From assembly GCA_029858565.1 (NCBI GenBank), contig JAOUEV010000042.1:1-32556 (forward strand): a stretch of 32,556 bases of DNA. Direction: 5' to 3'. Each line of letters starts with the position of its first letter. The stretch's first letter is position 1. The position numbers and the translations under genes are program-made. This document shows positions 25,713-32,556 of the stretch, piece by piece. The stretch is from Nitrospirota bacterium. GTDB lineage: Bacteria > Nitrospirota > UBA9217. The notes under the pieces were generated by a model, which worked only from the letters and a program-made list of their open reading frames with translations, was not told where the DNA came from and did no database searches.

Positions 25713-26417
25713 TTACTTCTTTTTATCCTTGCCGTACAGATAATCATACTCTGCCGGATGATGGTGCTTCAGCTGTTCGATGGTCATCTTGCCGGTCAGC
25801 CACATCCAGTTCATCGGGAACACTTCGGACCGCAGGTGTTCGTTGTAGAAGTGGAAGATCAGGATGAACACGATGGCCAGAAGCGCTTCATCGCTGTGCA
25901 TGATGAAGAGGATGTCCCAGATCCACTGGGTCGTGAACGCCGGGAACAGCATGGAGGCCGTCACCGGGAACGCCAGGAAGAGCCCTGACGAGCCAATGAT
26001 GAACATGCCCCAGTACACGGCCCAGTAATCGAACTTCTGCATGTAATTGAACTTGCCGAAATAGGGCCGCTCTTTACGGAAGCCGAAGAAATACATGAAG
26101 TTGTGGAATGCGTCGATCACATCTTTGGGCATGGGGACGATCGTGAGCCGCAGATCCTTTTTCCGTGCCAGGTTCAACAGATAGAACTGGTGGTAGACGA
26201 AGTCCATCAGCATGATGATCCCTGCCACGCGGTGGATGATGCCCGCGACCTTGGCGCCGCCCCAGATCGTGATCCAGGCGCTGGACGGCTGAACATAAGC
26301 GTACTTGAGCCCCCATCCGGTAAAGGACAGAAGCAGGAACGTCGTGAACATGATGATATGCTGGATACGCACGGAGAGGTCGAACCGTTCGATCTCCTGT
26401 GGAATGTTCTTATCCAT
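25713..26417 (-). CDS. Cytochrome b (FdnI/HydC-like di-heme membrane subunit)
   Basis: ERF...RIQH, IHRVAG, GKFNY.QKFDYWAVYWG, HSDEALLA...FHFY..H; 4 TM. Confidence 0.88.
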   Translation of the reverse strand: MDKNIPQEIERFDLSVRIQHIIMFTTFLLLSFTGWGLKYAYVQPSSAWITIWGGAKVAGIIHRVAGIIMLMDFVYHQFYLLNLARKKDLRLTIVPMPKDVIDAFHNFMYFFGFRKERPYFGKFNYMQKFDYWAVYWGMFIIGSSGLFLAFPVTASMLFPAFTTQWIWDILFIMHSDEALLAIVFILIFHFYNEHLRSEVFPMNWMWLTGKMTIEQLKHHHPAEYDYLYGKDKKK

Positions 26418-27316
26418 TAGTGGTTCCCCCCCTTCCGAAACAGACGGTCGCGGATATCCGCATAGATGTCAAGCAGCACGTGGATGATAATGAAGATGAA
26501 CGTTCCGACCGTGAGCAGGATCAGCCCGATCTCCGACCAATGGGCGATCGGGTGGAGCGGCTTATGCGTGATCGCAGCGACGAACTTTTCGGTCGCGCCG
26601 GAATGGCACTCGCTGCAGGTCTTTTTCTTATTCTCCAGATTCCCGACGGGCGAGGACGGGTCCTTGGCGCTCTTGATGTCATGGGACCCGTGACAGCTCG
26701 CGCAGGAAGGCGCGCCGGCATGTCCCAGCTTCAGTTTGCGGCCGTGAAAGCTCTCGAGATAGCGTTCCATAACGAGCGGCGAAAAACCGTACTTCTCGGA
26801 CATGTGCTTTTCTTCATGACATTTGCCGCAGGATTCCACGACGTTAAAGAGATGGACCTTGGATTCAGCGCTGGGCCTCGCCTGGATGTAATGCGGAGAA
26901 CCGTGGCAATTCGTGCATACCGGGCCGTCCGTCGACTTTTTGGTTATGACGTTCTGGCCATGTACACTTTTCTTGTAGGCTTCGTACAGGTCGGGATGGC
27001 AGGTGATGCAGGCCGACTGTGCTATGGGGTCCTTGGTGCTCTTGTGCGCAAGCGATGCTGCCAGTTCCTTCACCGACTTATCAGGAGCTGCGCCTCCAAG
27101 ACCCTGGTGCTGGTCACCTTTCGGCGCCATGTGGCAGGTGACGCAATCAAAAGAGCCGTGGACCGACTTCGAATACTTCTCCTGTTCTACCTTGACATCC
27201 CCCTCCATTGATCCGTGGCAGCCAAAACAGGTGGCGCTATCGGTTGCCGCGCCGGCCCCAGGGACCAGAAGGAAGGTGAACAACAACAGCATAGCCGTGC
27301 TCAACCAAATCCTCAT
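26417..27316 (-). CDS. Periplasmic multiheme cytochrome c (7 CxxCH) with a C-terminal TM helix
   Basis: Signal peptide; CFGCH, CVTCH, CITCH, CTNCH, CGKCH, CASCH, CSECH; C-terminal hydrophobic helix containing His. Confidence 0.93.
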   Translation of the reverse strand: MRIWLSTAMLLLFTFLLVPGAGAATDSATCFGCHGSMEGDVKVEQEKYSKSVHGSFDCVTCHMAPKGDQHQGLGGAAPDKSVKELAASLAHKSTKDPIAQSACITCHPDLYEAYKKSVHGQNVITKKSTDGPVCTNCHGSPHYIQARPSAESKVHLFNVVESCGKCHEEKHMSEKYGFSPLVMERYLESFHGRKLKLGHAGAPSCASCHGSHDIKSAKDPSSPVGNLENKKKTCSECHSGATEKFVAAITHKPLHPIAHWSEIGLILLTVGTFIFIIIHVLLDIYADIRDRLFRKGGNH

Positions 27317-27514
27317 ACTCTCTCCTTTCCCCCCAACTGTGGAATATCGATCAAAATAACATGCGAGCGGTCTCGTAGTGCCGACCGTTGCACCCCCCCC
27401 GGGCGTTAAGACTGGTCAAACGACAGGCAGATTATCACATCGTGGTTAGTTAGGCAAGCAGATTTTGCAAAATTAAGACTTGAGGTTGTTATCAATATGC
27501 ATCATTCTGCTACA

Positions 27515-28291
27515 CTACCCGGTACCCTTTGATGCAATCATTTCATCAGGATAGTGAACTTCCTGGAGATAAAGCCCGCATGCAGGTGCGGTCTTTCCTG
27601 CTTTTGTCCTGTCCTTTGCTTTCAGAATCCTGCTGACGTCTGAAGCAGAGAACCGTCCCAATCCTGCCTCAACAAGTGTGCCTACGATATTCCTGGCCAT
27701 ATGCATCAAGAATGCATCAGCTTCAAGCCTGATCTCGACAAGATCCCCGTGCTTTGTGACAGAAAGGGTCTTTAGGGTGCGTATCGCGGTCTTGGCGCCG
27801 CATCCGGAACTGCGAAAGGAGCTGAAATCATGCCTGCCGATCAGCACCTCCGCCGCCCGCCGCATTGCCGAAACATTCAATTTCCGGTCAACGTTCCAGA
27901 CGCGGTCCCGATAGAGCGCCGACGGAGCTTTTCGGTTCAAAATACGATAGCAGTATATCTTTCCTTGCGCGCTGAATCGGGCATGAAAATCACCGGGAAC
28001 TTCCCCGGAGAAAAGGACGCGGATATCTGCAGGGAGTAGCCGGTTGAGCGCCGGTGCCCACGCAGATGGGGGCAATAAGCTCACAACGTTGAAATTCGCA
28101 ACATGGCCGAATGCATGGACACCTGCATCAGTACGGCCCGAGGAGGTTATTTTGACCTTCTCACCGCAAAGCTCGTGAAGCGCCTTTTCGATGGTCTGCT
28201 GGATGGTCGTTTTTCCGCTTCCTTCCTGCGATTGCCATCCATGATAGTTCGTGCCGTCATACTCGAGAACAATCTTGATATTGCGAAGCAT
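27515..28291 (-). CDS. truA: tRNA pseudouridine(38-40) synthase
   Basis: YDGTNYHGWQ, SGRTDAGVHA, FHARFSA, GRHDFSSF, FLMHMARNIVG, TAP..GLYL. Confidence 0.97.
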   Translation of the reverse strand: MLRNIKIVLEYDGTNYHGWQSQEGSGKTTIQQTIEKALHELCGEKVKITSSGRTDAGVHAFGHVANFNVVSLLPPSAWAPALNRLLPADIRVLFSGEVPGDFHARFSAQGKIYCYRILNRKAPSALYRDRVWNVDRKLNVSAMRRAAEVLIGRHDFSSFRSSGCGAKTAIRTLKTLSVTKHGDLVEIRLEADAFLMHMARNIVGTLVEAGLGRFSASDVSRILKAKDRTKAGKTAPACGLYLQEVHYPDEMIASKGTG

Positions 28292-28301
28292 AGCGTTCTG
28301 T

Positions 28302-28589
28302 TTACCTCGACCAATCGCAGTGCCGCAACGCTGGATAATAGCCGATCAGGAGCAAATCACCTGATTTGCCCTGCCAATACACGGGCGTTTCCATGCGTAG
28401 TGCAGAGAGGATATGGCTAATATCAACTATTTGCTCTTTCGTATCCAACTGCATAAATAGATCGTATATGTATTGTATCTGTTGAGTTACATCCGCACAC
28501 TTTATGAAGAACTGGTAGTCTGAATTCGAAGTAACTGCAACCAGTTCCTTATCCACTCTCGATTCAGCAGTCAGGGATCCAAGGTACAT
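28302..28589 (-). CDS. Hypothetical protein
   Basis: 95-aa ATG ORF filling the gap between livF and truA on the same strand; more AT-rich than its neighbours; no recognisable motif. Confidence 0.45.
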   Translation of the reverse strand: MYLGSLTAESRVDKELVAVTSNSDYQFFIKCADVTQQIQYIYDLFMQLDTKEQIVDISHILSALRMETPVYWQGKSGDLLLIGYYPALRHCDWSR

Positions 28590-28596
28590 ATTCTAT

Positions 28597-29298
28597 TCAC
28601 TCGCCTAAGTAGGCTTTCTTTATCGCGGGATCGCTCTCGAGATCAACAGCTCTTCCCTCAAGCACGATCCTTCCGGTTTCCATCACATACCCCCGGTGGG
28701 CCAGGCGAAGGGCGGCCTTCGCGTTCTGCTCCACCAGCAGGACGGTCATCCCCTGCTGGTTGATCTCCTCAATGATCTTGAATATCCTGCTCACAATGAT
28801 AGGCGCCAACCCCAGGGATGGCTCGTCGAGCAGCAGCAAGGCCGGTCGGGACATGAGCGCCCGTGCTATGGCGAGCATCTGCTGTTCACCGCCGGACAAG
28901 GTCCCTCCCAGTTGCCGCCTGCGTTCCGCCAGCACGGGAAAGAGACCAAAGACACGGTCCAGGTCGATCTGGAGATCTTTGCCGTTTCCCAGGAACGCTC
29001 CCATTTCAAGATTTTCCAGCACGGTCATTCTCGGGAATATCCGCCGGCCTTCGGGTACCTGGGAGATTCCCTGGCTGACGATAATGTGCGGCGGCAGCCC
29101 GGAGATGACTCGTTCGCGATACGATATGGTCCCGGCAACAAGGTCGGTGACCCCGGAGATGGACATGAGCGTGGTGGATTTTCCCGCTCCATTCGCTCCG
29201 ATAAGCGCAACGATCTCTCCCTGCCCGACCGTGATACTCACGTCCTTGAGAGCGGAGATCATGCCATAGGAAACAGCTATGTTGGTTAGCTTTAGCAT
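28597..29298 (-). CDS. livF: Branched-chain amino acid ABC transporter ATP-binding protein
   Basis: GANGAGKST, VPEGRRIF, LSGGEQQMLA, DEPSLGLAP, AYLG. Confidence 0.95.
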   Translation of the reverse strand: MLKLTNIAVSYGMISALKDVSITVGQGEIVALIGANGAGKSTTLMSISGVTDLVAGTISYRERVISGLPPHIIVSQGISQVPEGRRIFPRMTVLENLEMGAFLGNGKDLQIDLDRVFGLFPVLAERRRQLGGTLSGGEQQMLAIARALMSRPALLLLDEPSLGLAPIIVSRIFKIIEEINQQGMTVLLVEQNAKAALRLAHRGYVMETGRIVLEGRAVDLESDPAIKKAYLGE

Positions 29299-29322
29299 CA
29301 GATCATTCGAAATCGTGTATGG

Positions 29323-30093
29323 TTAATGGTGCGGGTGATCTTTCCCCAGGTATGCTTCGATCACCGCAGTATCTTCGCGGATTTCCCTTGGATGTCCCTC
29401 GGCGATCTTGACCCCGTGATCCAGCACGACCACGCGGTCCGAAATCCCCATGACCACTTTCATGTCATGTTCAATCAGGATGATCGCCACCCCGTTGTCC
29501 CTGATCTTCCTGATGAGGTCCATGAGCAACTGCGTTTCCAGCGGGTTCATGCCTGCAGCAGGTTCATCCAGCAGCAGCAGATGCGGTTCCGTGCCGAGCG
29601 CACGGGCGATCTCGAGCCTCCGCTGGTCTCCGTAGGAAAGGTTCGCAGCTATACCCTCCTGCTTTTCATCGAGCCCGACAAACCGCAGGATGTCCACAGC
29701 GCGATAGACCATGTCGCGCTCCTCGTTTCGGACCCGCGACGTCCTGGCCAGCGCTCCAAACACTCCCGCCTTTGTGCGGCAATGCGCCGCGATCATAACG
29801 TTTTCCCGGCAGGTCATTCCTCCAAAAAGACGTATGTTCTGGAATGTCCGCGCAATGCCGAGCGCTGTAATATCATGAGGCGCCATGCCGGTCACATCGC
29901 GGTCCTGAAAACGGATCGTTCCCTGCGTTGGCTGATAGATGCCGGTGACACAGTTGAAGAACGTAGTCTTCCCCGCGCCATTCGGGCCGATAACGCTGAC
30001 GATGCGCTCCCGTTCCACGCGCATATCCACCGCTTCGACGGCTTTCAATCCGCCGAAATGTTTGGACAGATTTTTGGTTTCCAAGAGAAGCAT
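29323..30093 (-). CDS. livG: Branched-chain amino acid ABC transporter ATP-binding protein
   Basis: GPNGAGKTT, ARTFQNIRLF, LSYGDQRRLEIARAL, DEPAAGMNP; ATG at 30093. The ORF-track extension to 30327 overlaps livM. Confidence 0.95.
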   Translation of the reverse strand: MLLLETKNLSKHFGGLKAVEAVDMRVERERIVSVIGPNGAGKTTFFNCVTGIYQPTQGTIRFQDRDVTGMAPHDITALGIARTFQNIRLFGGMTCRENVMIAAHCRTKAGVFGALARTSRVRNEERDMVYRAVDILRFVGLDEKQEGIAANLSYGDQRRLEIARALGTEPHLLLLDEPAAGMNPLETQLLMDLIRKIRDNGVAIILIEHDMKVVMGISDRVVVLDHGVKIAEGHPREIREDTAVIEAYLGKDHPHH

Positions 30094-30140
30094 GGTGAAT
30101 AAATATCGATGCCTGTCATACAACCGTACTGGGCAACTGA

Positions 30141-31292
30141 TTACTGTCTTTTTCCCGCTCCCATCAGGCCCTGGGGCCGGAAGATCATCATGAGCACGAG
30201 CGCAATACCAAAGCCGATCATGCGATAGTCCTGAAAATCCCTGAAGATCTCCGGCAGCATGACCAGCAGGACCGCGCCAAGGATGATTCCCGGAATACTC
30301 CCCATTCCGCCGAGCACAACCATGCACAGGATCAGGACGGACTCAAAAAAGGTGAAGCTTTCAGGAGACACAAAGGCCATTTTGGCAGCGAAAAAGACCC
30401 CTACGCATCCTGCCAGGGCAGAGGCGATCACAAAGGCCAGAAGCTTGAGCTTGAACGTGTTGATTCCCATAGCCTCGGCAGCCACTTCGTCCTCCCGAAT
30501 GGCGATCCAGGCCCTGCCGATCCGCGATGCAATGATCCGCCGCATCGCGAAGACCGTTATGACCACCATCAGCAGGATCAAATAATAGAAATCCAGAGGG
30601 GTCTTGAGCACATATCCGGCAAGAGATGGCCGCGGGATACGGGAAATACCATTCGGCCCTCCGGTCACACTGTCCCAGTTGTTGAGAACAATGCGGGTTA
30701 TCTCTCCGAGGCCCAGCGTTACGATGGCGAAGTAGTCGCCCCGGAGCTTCAGGGTCGAGAGGCCTATCAGCAGCGCGGCCAGGGCGGCGACCGCGGCGCC
30801 GGCAGCCATGCCCGGCCAGAAAGGCAGGCCGAACCGGGTCGACGATATCGCGTAGGTATATGCGCCGACCGCATAGAAGGCAACATACCCCAGATTCAGC
30901 AGGCCGGCCTGGCCGACCACCAGATTGAGGCCCAGCGCGAGCACGACATACATTCCGGTGAGCGTGAGCACATCCCGATAGTAGTCATTTTGGAACAGCG
31001 GGATGACGCAGAGGGCGGCCAGGAAGAGAAACGCCGAGGGGGGAGCTGCCAGCAGGGCGACGAGACGTCGGCCTGCGCCCTGCATACGAGCGGACCCGGA
31101 GAACAGGGTATGCGCCAGACGGGTGATCGTGCCGGTCCTCAGCGCCGCTGCCAGCAGCACGCCTGCCGCCAGGACCAGCGCTATCCTCGTCGCAGCGGCA
31201 ATGCCGGTAAAAGGCGCGCAGAGGATCCCGGCCCAGAGGGGGACCAGGAAAAAGGACCCATGCCGCTTTATGGCCTGCCGAAGTGAGCTCAT
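30141..31292 (-). CDS. livM: Branched-chain amino acid ABC transporter permease
   Basis: LALGLNLVVGQAGLL.LGYVAFYAVGAY, LRGDYFAIVTLG.GEI, TGGPNGI, GRAWIAIREDE, RPQGL. Confidence 0.95.
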   Translation of the reverse strand: MSSLRQAIKRHGSFFLVPLWAGILCAPFTGIAAATRIALVLAAGVLLAAALRTGTITRLAHTLFSGSARMQGAGRRLVALLAAPPSAFLFLAALCVIPLFQNDYYRDVLTLTGMYVVLALGLNLVVGQAGLLNLGYVAFYAVGAYTYAISSTRFGLPFWPGMAAGAAVAALAALLIGLSTLKLRGDYFAIVTLGLGEITRIVLNNWDSVTGGPNGISRIPRPSLAGYVLKTPLDFYYLILLMVVITVFAMRRIIASRIGRAWIAIREDEVAAEAMGINTFKLKLLAFVIASALAGCVGVFFAAKMAFVSPESFTFFESVLILCMVVLGGMGSIPGIILGAVLLVMLPEIFRDFQDYRMIGFGIALVLMMIFRPQGLMGAGKRQ

Positions 31293-31423
31293 CGTGCGGC
31301 AGGATTATCGCATACTTGCCAGGTGAATTCAAGGAGTTGTTCTCGGAGTGCTCTGAGAAGATTAAGGGTCACATTCACCAAGAAGCATACACGTACTCAA
31401 GCTGCAAACATGTCAACTCAGCA

Positions 31424-32431
31424 CTATCTCTTTCCTGAGGCCTCACTTGTATAAAGTGAATACTCACTCCCTGCCATTGCTCTGAGCTTGTAGTAATAGG
31501 TGGTTCCTGCGGATGCGGTAGCATCGTTGAACTTGAGCATCCCTGCGTTAACCGTCCCTATGGAGGAGAAAAGTCCGCCAGATGTCGTTGCACGCGATAT
31601 TTCGTAGCCAGTCACGCAGCCGGGATCGTTTGGTGATGCGGTCCAGGTCCGGTGGGTATGTTCGGGTCGTCTACCCACGTCCATTTGAGAATGGAGTACT
31701 TATCAGGTGTGCGCTTCCATGCATAAATGTCACCATTAGGAGCGATGATGGGAGAACCGTACTCCTCAAGAACGGTAATTTGAGGTTCCACTCGAGGACC
31801 CCATGATTTCTTGCTTGTTATGGTTTTCGGCATAGTAAGCGTTGCGAGCGTCTTTCCGCAGGCAGTATACCTAACAGCCTGCGTATCTCCATAACCATAG
31901 AGATTGCCATTTATGTCACGGAGATAGGCGGCCATAGGACCAACATCATTATATGACCACGTTTTATCCGGATACGTCACAGTAATTTTATATTGTCCAT
32001 TGCCAATACCATTCTCCGTCACCAACCCCAGTTCCACTGGCCTCTTTGTCGTGGTTTTGATTAGCTGCCCGCTGAGTGCGTATTGGTAACCAGCATTCTC
32101 ACCATTCCAAACATAAATACTATTACCGACAACAGCAACACTAGTCTTTCCGGATTCATAAACGTTATTCTTATCTATCCATAACCATATTGCTTGGGAC
32201 AAACTTAAAACTCCTATTCTCTCCTTTTTTGCAGTACTATCCCAACTAAAGCCAACAATCTTCTCTGAATCTATTGCATATAGTCTTAATCCTAATTCGG
32301 GTAAAGAATTCAAATATACTCCAGTCGCACTGTATACTTTCAAGCGGCTATTTATCCAGTCATCAACGACGATTCTACCATCGGACAGAATGAGTATGCT
32401 TTCAGGGAATTGATCTTTAATTTCACCCGAT
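31424..32431 (-). pseudogene. Disrupted beta-rich protein with a C-terminal fibronectin type III domain
   Basis: The frame is open from ~32431 (SGEIKDQFPESILILSDGRIVVDDWINSRLKVY...) to ...KWTWVDDPNIPTGP, then shifts into an FN3 tail TWTASPNDPGCVTGYEISR...FND......TYYYKLRA. There is no native start, and the 5' end is replaced at a CTAG by GC-richer DNA. Confidence 0.7.
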
Positions 32432-32556
32432 CTAGAGTTTCGAGCGAGCTGACCCGCTCGTCGCGATTTTTACGACGATTTCAGCATTGCCCTATTGATC
32501 TTTCACATAGCATCTACGCGGCTTTTGGCAGTTTCCGCGTCGATGCGGCTGTTTCC
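32432..32556 (-). mobile_element. Probable end of an insertion sequence (family undetermined)
   Basis: Abrupt composition change at CTAG (32432-32435) truncating a gene; hairpin CGAGCG-N8-CGCTCG (32441-32460); a minus-strand frame ends ...STRKLPKAA*. Confidence 0.4.

Noticed and set aside
26399-30102. Long plus-strand ORFs (26399-27211, 28696-29289, 29326-30102)
   Set aside because: Antisense shadows of the cytochrome c, livF and livG genes.

Overview
A mostly GC-rich bacterial chromosomal segment, with a partial IS at the left edge and probably another at the right edge. It has five parts. (1) 1-6.7 kb: an initiator tRNA-Met (6617-6693, -) acts as an integration hotspot. A ~150-bp composite end (tRNA 3' half, 14-bp hairpin, three 11-bp tandem repeats, degenerate tRNA-tail echo) occurs twice. 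The two copies delimit an integrase-less ~5.9-kb cassette (TA pair, SNF2 helicase, SWIM protein, Fic) and the start of a second tandem cassette. (2) 6.8-11.3 kb: secreted Ig-repeat protein, TPR protein, and a decaying marR-tolC(deleted)-MFS efflux operon. (3) 11.3-22.7 kb: an inserted block. It contains an AT-rich Liv-type ABC operon that encloses a divergent polyprenyl-diphosphate-synthase homologue (IPP-site motifs lost, N-terminus joined through an A_AAA_AAG slippery site) and two unknown membrane proteins. It also contains a ParB-like/Dcm/GHKL(MORC)-REase/Vsr restriction-modification module. An emrB remnant follows the block. (4) 23.3-31.3 kb: housekeeping genes (tex, 7-heme cytochrome c plus cytochrome b, truA, livMGF). 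(5) 31.4-32.5 kb: a disrupted FN3-domain gene. The best candidates for an undescribed system are the ABC-transporter/prenyltransferase operon and the tandem tRNA-Met cassette array. All family calls come from recognising motifs by eye; no database searches were run.
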